Assembly: GCA_965644295.1 (NCBI GenBank)
Contig: CBFFRP010000219.1
Coordinates: 179,834-243,833 of the forward strand
Length of the DNA: 64,000 bases
Source: Paraphysomonas bandaiensis
Lineage: Eukaryota > Protista > Chrysophyceae
Direction of reading: 5' to 3'
Shown here: one piece after another, positions 1 to 12,544 of the stretch
Position numbering within the stretch: the stretch's first letter is position 1
Layout of the letters: each line of letters begins with the position of its first letter
The notes under the pieces: generated by a model
What the model was told of the DNA's origin: nothing
What the model saw: only the letters and a program-made list of their open reading frames with translations
Database searches by the model: none
Made by a program: the position numbers and the translations under genes

Positions 1-898
1 TTGCATCAGTACGAGATGAAATGATATGAATGAGTATAGGTTTCTGGCTGACATTCCAGCTGTTGATCTTGAGATGCAAGGTTTTACGTATTCTCAGGAA
101 CAGCATTTGCAGGTACTCGCACTATTGCCGGTGTTTCATGTAATAAATAGTTTTACATAGGGTGGCATGGCACCTTTGCGACAAAAAATTAGCCAAGAAC
201 AGCTTTCTCCAGATGTTATACGTGCAATTCAGAGAGACGTGTCAACTCCTGCTCAAGCCCAGAAAATTTTAGAGATTATTGAACAAGTCGTATCGTTTGT
301 GAGTGCGACTGGGGGGTCGTTGGTACAGTCTTTAAGCGAAGATGTTGGTGATATGTTGCTCGAGAAGTATATGAGAAGTGTGTTACTGATTGACGAAGTT
401 GTTGGCAGCAGAACGGTACTCCAACATGTAAGTTCATACTATGCTTATCACAGTTTTCTTACAATTTAGTAGACGGCATTGAAGCACTTGGAGTCTCTAT
501 GGGAGGTATTGTCAGATATCACTTGTTGTGATGCATTTAGTAAAGTTCATGCTGCATACAAAAAACCTATAAGCGAAAGGTAAATCACATGCGATGCTAC
601 TGTAAGTTTGTCAAGTGGTTTATGTTGCAGTGCAAGGGAGGACCTTATCAGTGCCTTTTCTAACCCATCCTTCAATTCGAGTAAAATTTTATCGGTACTG
701 AAGTCTTTTATACTGGAGTCGCTTCAGGAAAAAATAATGGCGGAAAACACACCTGTATTTGAATGTCTCGTGAACCTTGAGGTAGATGGTGTATTTCTAG
801 CTGATGCAGAATGGTTTGTAAATAGCTTTCCATATTCGATTACAATCGCTGAAGTTGTCGATGCATTTGATATTATCAAAGAAAGTCGTAAGATTTAA
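1..898 (+). CDS. 3' end of a multi-exon RNF213/mysterin-like gene (5' part outside window)
   Basis: Spliced exons read KISQEQLSPDVIRAIQRDV..AQKILEIIEQVVSFVSATGG..LKHLESLWEVLS..AFSKVHAAYKKPI..FVNSFPYSITIAEVVDAF. This follows the RNF213 C-terminal pattern as I recall it (QEPL..LGFLSTAGG..LKH..LW..F..Y..FPEEI). Stop at 896-898. Confidence 0.65.
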
Positions 899-1237
899 TA
901 CTTGAGTTAAGATAATTCATATTTGATCCACTTACTTGTGAGTAGTTTTCCGTACCAGCAAGCTAGATGCAGAACACAATTGTAAGGAAACGTATGGAAA
1001 TGACTTCGCAACAAGAATATTACTTGAGAGTTCAAATACTACATCTGATGCTTAATATGATTAGAAGTAGTGGTACCCAGTTCTTTCAGGGTTATTCACG
1101 TCGTATCATACACATAGCATTCTAGTCAGTTGCGCCAGCAGCGGTTAAGTATGATGTATATAAACCTCGTGCGACCACATTCATCATCACATATATGTAC
1201 GAATTTCAATACCTAGCAGCTGCTATTCTCTCAGCAT

Positions 1238-1530
1238 CCTTCTGTGGTAGGTGTACATTTGTTGTAGTCATTATTAATATATATAAAGATCCCATTTAAT
1301 ATTCTTTTTATTCTTAATCTTAATCAGGGAGCACCTATTTTTTCTTACAGTAATCAAGCCAAAGGTAGCTATACAATCTTGATACTTGGCTTTCAACAGC
1401 ATGAGGAGGAGCTATAATTTATCCGAAGGATAAGGAGTATCGTCCCTTGTCCAAGTTTAATATAGCGTTTTCAAAATTTTGAGCGCTGGACGGTATAGCC
1501 TCCTTATTACCTGGGTTTACATGTAACTAT
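1238..1530. repeat. Degenerate interspersed repeat, second copy at ~11888-12240 (possible old LINE remnant)
   Basis: Blocks ccttctgtggtag, aatcaggga, gctatacaatct, ggataaggagtatcgt and tatagcctccttattacc occur in the same order in both copies. No intact ORF. Confidence 0.6.
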
Positions 1531-1865
1531 ATAGTAATGAGCAAGGGGAAGGACCCCTATTTACCCTCTCTCCCCTTGTTTTTAGGTTTTTCATAGAATA
1601 AATCAAATTAAACATACACTTGAAAATTACCCTTTACTGGTGAATTCAAGGAAAGGAAATATATTGTAAATAATTTACTGACAGGGTATATTTAGGGTTA
1701 GAATTATATATTTTAAAGATATAGTAATAATAAATTTCATACTTATAAAAGGCCTCAACAAAGTCGGATAATAGTTTTCTCGTGAAAATTGGGATGAGAT
1801 TATAGTACAGAAAGTTATTCTAAAATCTAGCAATAGATTTGACGGCAATTGATTGTCCTGTTGAA

Positions 1866-2340
1866 CTTTCAACAAAGTCGGACTCGCACCTCTTCGTGGT
1901 GTACTGGGAGTACCGGATATATTTCTCGGGGACACTAACGTGAGCCACATATATAGTCTGCAGCCAATTTTCTGCTCAATGTACCCTTGTATGGTACAAG
2001 GGACACTAATAAGAGTCATTTGTGTAGACGTCTTTAGGCCTTGACGAATAGACAGGTATCCTGGAATGAGGTGCATCTAGGGTATTATACTGCCTGCTGA
2101 AGTCAAGCATTCGGGCTGTTTACCTTAAGGACTCAAAAATTCTAATGTGAGCAGATGTCAGATGTCAGGTATATCGACATTCTGCTTGCTCACTGCTGCG
2201 TTTGCTTTGAGTGCTAAAACAAACGTGGGTGCACCTTGGTGCTGTGGTGACGCAAAAACAGCTTGTAGTGTTAAACAGTTGGATATCAGAGTTAAGCACC
2301 AGTCAGTTAAATTGCAATGCTAAATTAGTTCTGACTCTTA
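1866..2340 (+). mobile_element. Diverged copy of the ribozyme-headed non-autonomous retroposon
   Basis: Colinear with 23876-24384: caacaaagtcggactcgcacctcttcgtggtg..agtaccgg..ctaacgtgagcc..gcctgctgaagtcaagca..accttaaggactca..gcaccttggtgc..ttctgactctta. Confidence 0.8.
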
Positions 2341-2827
2341 AAAAGCATTTTGTATTTTAGTCCTTCTATAGTAGCAGTTGTCTTTTTTTGGAATCTCATT
2401 GCATCAAAAGATGGATCTCTGACTGCGCTAAATATAAGCTAGTACTATTTTTTTACTTAACGTAGTGTTAGATCAAATTTAGTGAGTGTGCAGGCGACTT
2501 CAAGAAGTTTTAGTATTACAAGTATATGAACTAATGGTATGATAGAGTTATAGTTGTGAAACTGAAATATGTTGACGGCTAAGTGTCGTGTCTAGCTAAG
2601 ATCTGATTATATTGCTTGGTAGTTTACAGAATACAATTGTAGCGAATGTCAATAAATGATGAGATATGTTGATTATGGTTTTACTAATTGTGTGAGTTAA
2701 AGTTCAGCTACTAAAGCTTTTCACTATCCAAATATGAAATTCGGAAAGAGAAGGACGAAGTGGAAGCCGGCTTATGGTTCATTGGTAAAAATCCTCTATT
2801 GTTGTCTTTCTCGCTTTGCCGGCTGGA

Positions 2828-2936
2828 TTAGTAATTAAGGGAGCACCAGACCATCTACTATGAGCGGTATTATCTACTTAGTAGGTATTAATGGCAATTA
2901 TAATTACCGGGAACAAGTAGTTGTTACCAGGTCCTG
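2828..2936 (-). mobile_element. Eroded terminus of the cagggcctggtaacc hAT family
   Basis: Reverse complement of 29460-29630, ending gttaccaggtcctg. Confidence 0.6.
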
Positions 2937-3185
2937 GGCTGGATAGATCTATCGGCTCTATTTTCAGCTATAATTTCCCCACTGACTCATATTTCGACTG
3001 CAATACCACTAAACTAGGAACCCTCACTGAGGAGAGAAAAGGTTTAACAGTAACATTGTCAATATCTATTAATATTGTTACTGTTTTCAATTCTACCCTT
3101 TCGCTATTTCCACAATTATTTAAATAGTATACATGCTCTGTTTGTAACTTGAAGTTACAGAATGCGCTAACACTTTCATGAAATA

Positions 3186-5831
3186 TCATGGTCTACTGCT
3201 CGAATATACTTTTGGTCTGTTTTTAACACAAGATATCATGGCCACAACTCCAGCACCAAGTAAAGGTACGGTTGTATACTGAACCACTTTAGATTGAAAA
3301 TCGGATATTTTTTCACCCAGCTCGAGTTCTGTCGCAATACTTGCAAAGTGAATACTTTTCGCAAGTTGATGTAGAGTATTTATTAGCGCAATAACCTAGA
3401 ACACGATTCATGAATGTATAGTATTCGCAATTAATATATACGACTACCTCTTGACGCGACAAAAACTCCTTTAGTGGAACTTTTCCAAATTCTTCTTCTG
3501 GGGTAAGTAGAATTTTAATAGCTGTTCCAAGGCCAAGAATTTCCAGTTTTCCCCATACGCGACACTTTTCACATGTCACGCAGTCCATAATTCGACTGAT
3601 GTTACGAAATCTGAAACGATGTAAAAATGTAATCAAAATTCACATAATGTGTAGCGGTAAACAAAACCAGTCAAAAACACAGCAGTTCAGACAATGCTAG
3701 AAAGAGGATAATATTTGCGCTGTCTCACCTTTGTCTAAACTCTTCTCGAAGATCCAGAGGGTTCACTTCTTTCCAATACATTCCGTCGCTGCTGTATTTG
3801 TTTGAAGCCTAGAATGTCAACAAAATTATACCGAACCATCGCACAGATGTTAGCGGTCATGTTCACCACACTTATCCGGAAAGGGCTTGAAAGTAAGCGC
3901 TTACCTGGAATAACGCTGACTCGTCAAATCCAGTTCTACATTGAGCAGCTGCTTCCAATGCCTGGTAAGGCAATTGGCTATTACCCCACCCCTGCAGATC
4001 ATCCACGCCACTGCTCTTCCATACAGTCCTTGCTCCACCAGGATGCGGAGAATCAGAGGTCATACTTGTTTCCTTTAAGGAGGGAAGAGCCACAAGCTGC
4101 TTGATAAGATTTTCAACGACAGTCTTTTCCATGTCATCGCCAATAGAATAATCGTACTGAATAAGCACATCAGAAGCCTTGGCAACAGCCCTTGCAACGA
4201 ATAGAAACGCGAAATACAGGTTAGAAAGACGCTGAGGGTGAGCACCGACGGCCTTGATGAACATTGGAATATTGGGACCCCAGCGACCGGAACCACTGTA
4301 ATCATATTCTGTACAAGAATGATGTAGAAAGTGAATAAAGCGAAAAGAATATCATACAGATATTGTCCTAAGATTCCAGGGAAAATATAAACATATTAAA
4401 AATACATACCATCAGGAGGATAATAGTAGTCGCGCGCAATTTGTGTAGAAATCGAACTTTGGAGACCACTAATTAATCTAAACACAACAACATATTATGA
4501 GTGCCCCTTGTAATAAGTCAAGAGTGACGGTGTAGCAATGAAAATAGCGTTAAACAATATCCACGACCGCAATGAAAGATTACTATAACCTGTAAAATGT
4601 CCGTTTTTCAAGGCATGTGTCCGTATCACCTCCACCGAAACAGTTTTCCTCCTGAATTGCTCTCCACACAAGTCTAGCTGATGGGCCTGAGTAGCCTAGG
4701 TACATATTATACAAAGAAATCAAGGTATAAATCTCTCGACAAAATACCAGTAAACTTCTCAGGATTCTTTACAAGGTTAACATATACACTGGTATTAGAA
4801 TACGCAGTCTCTTCGGACATTTCTGTCCACTCCCAACGATCGGCCCACTGCTGAGCCGGGGTAACTATCAGATGTTTAATACACAAGAATAAATTAGAAA
4901 ACAAGACAGCAACCATGTAGCAGAACAACACACTATTTCAATAGCAATACGCAAAACAACAAACGAATACTCTGTTACAGATATAGCATAGATACCACGA
5001 GTTCCATGTGCAGACGAATTAAAAATTGCTACACTGATAGCTTCGTTTCAGATACCTTCTTGCCGCCAACTTTCGGTTGGTCCATAGGCGGCTTCAGATA
5101 TGCTACTCGTACTCTCTGGACTCACTTTTCCTAATCTGCCACTATTCGCTTTACCCCCTTCCTTGCCATGATCCCCCGCTAATGATATCCACCCGTACTC
5201 GTCATCATCACTGCGCCCTTCGCCCCCTGACCCGATAATTTTTTGCTGTTCTTCAAGCCATGCTTTTGGGATCTCATCCTCCTCGCAAGGGCAGATAGAA
5301 CATCCTTCATTGGTACACATTCCCCCATCGGTATCCCAGAATGGACAGGGCTTATCGAGATCAATTCGAAAATAGCGAAAAAATGGCCTACAGATAAAAA
5401 CATAATTTAATAAAAGAGAAAAATGTCTGACAGAATGGTATGCACGATGCAACACGATATGCACAATCTTGAAACAAGAAGCATGTCACAAACACAACAC
5501 CCATAAGAAGAGAGGTGCCTTATGTGCATGTATGTGTATGTACGTGTAGCAATAGAGGCACCTTTCAGTTATATTTTGCAGCAAAGGAATAAAAAAATTC
5601 GCCACTGCGTCATCGACAGTCTCATACTCACAATTGCAGTCTGTAATCTGTCCATCTAACTTCTTCGTCTGCGGCATACAGCATATGATGAGAGTGTGTC
5701 GGCAGGTGTTTCTATGCAGTTACCTCACACAGCTGACACTTTAAGAAATCATACACTCCTGAGCTGCCGGCACCACTCATGCACAGCACAAGAATCAACT
5801 GAGTAATGCTATAAAGATTAGGTCGTCGCAT
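3186..5831 (-). CDS. ERO1: ER oxidoreductin 1, multi-exon
   Basis: Signal peptide [20 protein letters not shown]; GQITDCNC; [16 protein letters not shown]; [14 protein letters not shown]; [15 protein letters not shown]; active site [17 protein letters not shown] (CxxCxxC); hydrophobic C-terminal stretch; TGA at 3186-3188. Confidence 0.95.
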
Positions 5832-5986
5832 GGTGTGTATTGGAAGTATATGGCGGGTGGAACAGAGTGCGTTGTGTCGTCATATCTAGAGCTGACTGCT
5901 GCGCTGCTGACACGTTGCGACGTACTTAACATACATACATACGGCTGTACGCCACTATACGGTCCAGTGCTGGATTCTTCTAGATT

Positions 5987-6075
5987 ATACCTGTAGAAAT
6001 ACCCTATAGGAATACCTGTAGAAATACCCTATAGGAATACCTGTAGAAATACCCTATAGGAATACCTGTAGAAAT
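5987..6075. repeat. Tandem repeat, 25-bp unit atacctgtagaaataccctatagga x3.5
   Basis: Identical units start at 5987, 6012, 6037 and 6062 (partial), with no spacers, between the divergent ERO1 and BIN4-like genes. Confidence 0.95.
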
Positions 6076-6388
6076 GACCTATTGGAGAAACACGGTGAAT
6101 TATATTGGGCTTTGGCTTGTCCGCTGACTGCACTTTTTATACAGGTTTTGAAACCCAGGGATTTTAGGAGCGAGTTTGTGTTTTTGGGGTATCTGACGAT
6201 GGAAAGAATTGGAGTATACTGGTATTGTAGTATCTGCCTGTTGCCCTCTTGTGAAGGAGGAGCGAGTCCATGTCCAATGCACGACATGCTACTACTTCTA
6301 CTTGTCGCGTTGTAATACGAAACACTCCAATCCCTGCAGCACTCTTGAGGTATAACGTGCCAGCTAAACAATTCGCGTGTCTGCAGCA

Positions 6389-7594
6389 ATGGATTCAGAG
6401 AGAAGCAGCGCTGGAGCATCCAGATACAAGCAGTCTCCCGCCCGAGTCAAAACACTTGACATACTTGCGAAAACCACCCCGCTGCAAGAGCAGTCCGTGA
6501 AGAACCTCATAAAATATTGCGAACTTGCGAGAGAGGAATGCGGTGAGGCCGCCACTATGACTGACGGTATTCAGTTTCTTGCCGCTCGGTATGAATGGGA
6601 TGTCGATTCAAGGGAATCTGATTTCAAGGAAGCATGGCTCGCGTCAGAATCACCTCTAAAGCCGAAAACTTCTGTTAGCAAGGAGCTGGGCAATTCTGTG
6701 GATATTGACGTGATGTCTGAGAATACTATTGACAGTAATAGGGTTAGTGCCCCGGTGTCATCAGTCGTAGAATGTGTAATTCAACGTGTTCTAGATATAC
6801 CTTACCTTAAAGAAAGATAGTTTCACGAAGAACACTCTCCTTTGCCAAGTGAACGACCCTGGACTGCAAGTATTAGGTGATACGGGGGCTATTGGGCGAC
6901 TCACAACAAGTGGTGACAAAAAGTCCATTACTGTTGACTTAAAAGGTAGATATTTGTATTTTGTCCTCTGTTGTATATATTAACAGTGATTTAATATTGT
7001 TTAGGGCGACAGTACACTGGGCAGTTGTATCCTGGTCCGACAGTTATGTTTATGAACACATCGCAAATAGGCGCTAAAACAAGTAGCTCTGACAACAAGG
7101 TGAGAATATTACTTTCATGATGTGGCGTATTTTATGGGGTTGGTTGGACGGGAATGATATACAGGTGACGGCAAAGATTGAAACTTTTACGAATGAATTC
7201 TGCCATTTAAAGTTCGATAGAGATCTAATGATAGATCTAGTTGGTACATATTCAGGTGATTACGTGGTTTCTTTTGCTTGGTGGATTGATATTGTTGGGC
7301 CCTTGAGGAAACACGCTATACTATGTAGAAAGTGTTTATTTTTTATACATTTCAGGTGACATGGAATATATACGTGGGCAAGATGATAGTGCTATGGACG
7401 CAAATTTGAGAACACCAAGTTCAACTCGTAAACGAAAGGGGAAAAATGAGGACGACGAAGGTAGTGATGAAGAGCAATCTACTTCCAAGAGAAAAGTGAA
7501 GTCGAAGAACAATAATCCCAAAATTTCCACGATTACTCAAAAAGTTAAGAAAGGAAAGGGGCCTACTAAGAAGAGAAAGAGCACAAAGAAGTAG
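6389..7594 (+). CDS. BIN4-like DNA-binding protein (topoisomerase VI accessory subunit), multi-exon
   Basis: Spliced core LLCQVNDPGLQVLGDTGAIGRL..ITVDLKGRQYTGQLYPGPT..AKIETFTNEF matches the recalled BIN4 motif (GDxGAxGR..DLKGxxY..AKIE..F); Lys-rich tail. Confidence 0.65.
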
Positions 7595-8080
7595 GTGTAG
7601 TATTGTGTAGTTGTGTCATAGCCAATATTCTTTAATGTGTATCAAGTCAAAGACGACCTTTGCATATTTGTGCGTAAAAAATATAACTATTAATAATAAG
7701 CTTTGAGCTAGTTGCGTATTCTGATGGGTATTTGCTGGCTTGTGTTTGACTTGCGACATTGTTGTGCTGTGCGTATGTGCAGCAAAGTAATAGTGTGCAT
7801 CTTACGATCTTACGTCCTGTCTAGAATCGTATAGTTGTTCCTGGTGGACAAAATAGGTGTAATTGCAGAAATATTTCTCACTGCAATTTGTAGATTTGTA
7901 GCAGCAGTATTGTACTTCGTCGTCATACTCGGACCACTAAGATAAAAACTAAAAACCATAGATTCATGTTGTCCCATTGAATGTTTTATTCTTGATATGG
8001 CAAGTCTGGGAGTTAATACATTTGATGTAGCCTACCAACGTATGGATTAAAAAAAATTATTTGTATAGGACAAATGCTTA

Positions 8081-8133
8081 ATTAGTCCTGACTCTTCAAC
8101 GCCTATTGCTAATAATAAGACATTCACTACTAC
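8081..8133 (+). mobile_element. 5'-truncated 3' tail of the retroposon family
   Basis: attagtcctgactcttcaacgcctattgctaataataagacattcactactact. Similar tails at ~10994-11153, 38446-38575 (-) and 44811-44915. Confidence 0.7.
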
Positions 8134-8326
8134 TGTGCTGTCATGTGGATGTTAATATAGTTTCTTCTACTGTAGTAATTCCTTAAATTGTTCCTCATTT
8201 GCTAATTTGGTTACCCTGGCATATGCGTGTAGCGAATTGAGTGAGAACGGAAAAGCACAGAGGAACAGAGGAATGTGGGCGCCAATCGCCAAAAAAATAT
8301 TGTCGAGTAAATGCTGATTGAATGTA

Positions 8327-9564
8327 CTAATACAATAGCTCTTTGTCTACTGGTGTTACCATACCTTTCCCATCTATAAAACACTGCAAGTTTTTTTCGA
8401 ATACATCCCACCCTAGTTTAAAATAATCTTCTGTATAATCCGCGTTGTGGGAGGTAATAAGCAACCTATCGTCTGGGACACTCCAGAGTGGTGAAGTTGT
8501 TGGAAGTGGTTCAGTAGCAAACACATCTAAAGCAGCGCATATGTGTTTATGTTCTGGCTGTGTGAGGGCAGAATACAATGCCTCTTCGTCCACAGCACTG
8601 CCCCTATCAAGGTAAAAGACAATTAATGATCATACTACTCAGACATACATACAACAGCAATAATAGATATAAGCGGAAATAGAATCAACATAATTATAAC
8701 AAAATATGTGACGTAACATCCACTCGTCATATACCTGCCGCAGGATATGAAAACTGACAGTGGTTTCATGACGGCAAATTGAGAGGAGCAATACTTATAA
8801 GTCTCAGGCGTCCCAGGCAGAGTGCACACTACAAAATCGGAATCTGCGAACAGATTTTGGCTATGTTCATATTGTTTATCTACTAGGTTATCTCCAATAT
8901 CCGTTTTGGTGGGGTTCCGACGGTACACCACAATTTTCATTCCGAATGACTCTTTTGCTATCTTTGCAGTCGATTTAGCGATATCCCCAAATCCTATAAA
9001 TCCCATTGTTTTTCCTTTTAACACATGCATTGGAAACTTTTCCCATTTCGAATCTCGTCTGTTTGTTTGTAATCGGCATATTTGTTTGTTGAAATATAGT
9101 GCTGCTGTAATGATATACTCAGCAAGACTTGAGGAAAAAGCCCCTCTACCGTTAGTTAGAATGACATCATTCCTATTCACTATATAGCCGGATATAAACG
9201 GAGCCAGTGCATCAACACCAGCATAAAAGCTGTGCACCCACTTCACATTAGATAGATGACTATACCACAAGTCGATAAGGACATTAATATCAGCAGGTTG
9301 GATCACGATAACACCATCTGACTTCTCGATATTACTCTCTTTGAACTTCTCTGCTGTGTCTGCAACAGTAAATTGTACATTGTCAATGGATGGAAGGTAC
9401 TTTAGAGCGGGATTGTCGGGTCCACATACCACTGCTATGTTTAAACCTCGATCAGCAACACGCGCTGATGAAGAGCTCGGCCCACAGACACAATTACGAA
9501 TATAGGAGACCCTGGGGGCGGATCTACGGCATCGGATCAAATGACTAAACTTGAGAAGCATCAT
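8327..9564 (-). CDS. D-isomer-specific 2-hydroxyacid dehydrogenase (one intron ~8605-8733)
   Basis: VKWVHSFYAGVD, LTNGRGAFSSSLAEY, NAD-binding GFIGFGDIA, VCTLPGTPET, spliced FISCGR/GSAVDEEAL, ALDVFATEPLP, ITSHNAD. Confidence 0.92.
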
Positions 9565-10257
9565 TTAGTGGATTAACAATCAAAGATCTGTCAATGACTC
9601 CGTATGTATACATGTATCGCTTATAGTTGTCAGTGTTATTCTTATATCTCGCTCGTATCATGTTGCCAGTATGGCATAGCAGTGCAGCAGCAGTAAAAAG
9701 CTGTTTATTTTATAGGATGAATATCTATAAATCAGGGTTTCTGAAATCATTACTCTGCAAAACCCAGATATTTCACCCAGCGAAGTGCCTTGAGAGAAGA
9801 AGATGCATACTGCACAGATCCCCACACTGCACCCTTCCTTGGAGAGTGATGACTTAAACAGATTCTACCAGCAGCCGCTCGTGCTGAGCCTCTAACTCTG
9901 TTCGAAGCAAGCTGATGCGAATGCGGTGTAGTATTCCGACACATTCACGACGACGAAATCCCGATATCTGGAGGTGGGAATGCACAGCCATGTTCTGGAC
10001 CATGAGCTCCACCTCTATGGCAGGAGGAGAGGGGTGTAGTTACTCAGTACGGTGGTGCAGGAGGAAGTGAGAATGAACCGCCCGGAGCCTCCGTCTGACG
10101 TTTAGATAGCTTACCGTCTCCGAGATACGGCACTGTATATGTGACAGTATTATCTGCTGGAAGAGAGCTGCGGACCTCTTCCTTCATCTTCTTGTGAACA
10201 AATGAGGTTCAGAGGGGGTTGGAGGGGTTGCCTCCCTGCATCTTTGTACCTCTGACT

Positions 10258-10625
10258 GGCCAACCTCATGGGCAGAATCAATCTTATCTATACATCTCTC
10301 TACATAGATAGCTTGTTCGCGAGCATTTCTATTACACAGCAAGCCGTGATTCACCTCGTCATACGTAATCGACACGTAATACTTGTTCAGCATTCTGTCC
10401 TTGTTAGGCACAGAGGGATCAGCAACTGACCCCTCTGCCAACACTGCCCTAGCCACACTAGTAGTGTCTGCAGACATTCAAATATCTCCCACCATTTATT
10501 CCTCGCCTCAATCTGCACGCTCAGTCGGGTAGACTTTTACGTCTTGGAAGTTCTCATAACGTTCTATATATAGTCCTGCTCAAGCTGAGTGTCGTCTGAT
10601 GTCGAGGAGATAAAATGAAGCACTT
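10258..10625 (-). pseudogene. Relic of a DUF4062/NWD-type (NACHT-WD40) N-terminal region
   Basis: Fragments in different frames: LHFISSTSDDTQLEQDYI* (cf. FxSSTFxDxxxER), ARNKWWEIFECLQTLL, NKYYVSITYDEVNHGLL..AIYVERCIDKID. Stop, frameshift and internal deletion; no NACHT domain visible. Confidence 0.45.
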
Positions 10626-11887
10626 CCTGCTAGATATATATTAGTCTGCACTTTGCTCCTCATTTTATGTGGGGTGAACATGAGATTTATTCTTCATATG
10701 ACACACGCAATGAGGAAGAATTCATTGTCGTGTGTGTGTTTTTTTTACCCATTATCGTAGTACAACAAAACTACTACAACAAAACAATTAAAATGCAACG
10801 CTGTATTTTGATTAGACACTTATTTTCAGACATTAAATTGTTTTTCGGCCTGAATTGGGTTCAACTTCAACTTCAATATTCGGTTTGAACAGAAGCTCTC
10901 TGCTATCTTAATAATGAATTTGACAGTCCTTTGTATGTGATTTAATTATATTACACAAGAGACAAGAGAAGCCACAATGATGAGCCAACTTTTGCGCACA
11001 AGTCTCGCAGCGTTAAGTAGTAGGATACCAGAGTTGCACTGGTTAGTAAATGGTAGATGCTTATTTAGCTTGACTAGTTCGTTCATCTAGCTACTAATCG
11101 GGTTCTGACTCTTGAACGCTTATTGCTAAATATACAGACATTTACTACTTCTAACTATCACACGTAAATCAACCCAGGCTTGCATGATAATTAATTGGTG
11201 ACATAATAATAATAGTTTCAATTATTAATTAAGCATTCTATTATTGGCAATTAATTGCCTTCAAATTAATTGCTAGATTTCAAATATAAGGTGTCTAGGT
11301 GTCATACGCTTGCGGATATCAGTCATAATAATTTGAGCTTTGCTAGATACAACCTCTCACGAACATTGGTAGTGCTACACAAATGCTTCATGCAACGATG
11401 TCGTGCTTTCTTACCTTTTCAGTTGCCCGAATGACCTCGTCTTCCTCATCATCCTCTTTCTCTTCATCGAGTTCACCTTCGTATGCAAGTACACAATTTA
11501 TTAAAAACATCGCACCTGTGATAATTCAGTGCACCTGTGACGGTCAAACACTCCAAGATATTTTCCATCCTTTGTTTGACGAAGAAGATCGTAATGACCT
11601 CAGTGCACGTGACCTATCTTCATACCCTGGAAATTCATATTATCCCACATCTGACGCTGAATATGATTAGGAGCAGTGGCACCCATTCCTTTCAGGGTTG
11701 GGATTATGTCGTCCTTATCAGGATTAAGTGCGTCAAATCATCATCCGCCCATCATTTGTGTCAGTTGCACTAGCAGAGGTAATACATATATGTTGTATAT
11801 AAATGTGTTGATGATACCAACGACATCAAGAAGTCTCGCGTAACTACAAATTTTTACACTCATTTTCACATATATTCACCTTCGTAA

Positions 11888-12240
11888 CCTTCTGTGGTAG
11901 AGGTACATTGGTTGTAGCTATTGTTAATTTGGGAAATTATTGTTATCAAATAATCTTTTATCATAGCCATTCCCCTGTATAGATTCCATTGATTTAAAAC
12001 AGTACTTTGATTTTTATTTCTTAATATTAATCAGGGAACGCTTTTTTCCTATTACAGCTAGCACGCTATACAATCTAGATATTAGGTTTTTAACATTATT
12101 ATGAGGATAAGTTAGAATTTAACCATGGGATAAGGAGTATCGTTTCTTGTTTAAATTTAAAAACATTTCGACCTCGTTCTACAATTTTGAGAGCGGGACG
12201 ATATAGCCTCCTTATTACCCGTGGTTAAATATAACTGTAT
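11888..12240. repeat. Second copy of the degenerate repeat at 1238-1530
   Basis: Same conserved blocks in the same order. Confidence 0.6.
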
Positions 12241-12544
12241 ATTAATTTCGTAGTTTGTAATGCCATTTGATTACACGATGCACATCGTATAAAGGGTGAT
12301 AGCACATATATGGTGGGTTTTACAACAGCCTTAACTGAGCTTGAATCTTATTTATTAGAACTTCAATGCAATTAAAAAAAGCTCATCACATATTCGCCAC
12401 AAATTTCCCAAGCTAACTATCACAAAACTTAACCGAACATAGTACCAACGAACTGTAACGAGGAGTTCCTATCACTCAGTTGTACTTGAAAAGAGTACAC
12501 TGTAAACTAGATACAAAAGTGACTACAAATAGTACAGCTTGTTC

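Noticed and set aside
5987-6075. Possible CRISPR array
   Set aside because: Units are contiguous with no spacers, there are no cas genes, and the context is eukaryotic.
11383-11773. Ser-rich short ORFs
   Set aside because: No recognisable motif, interrupted by stops, and no supportable gene model.
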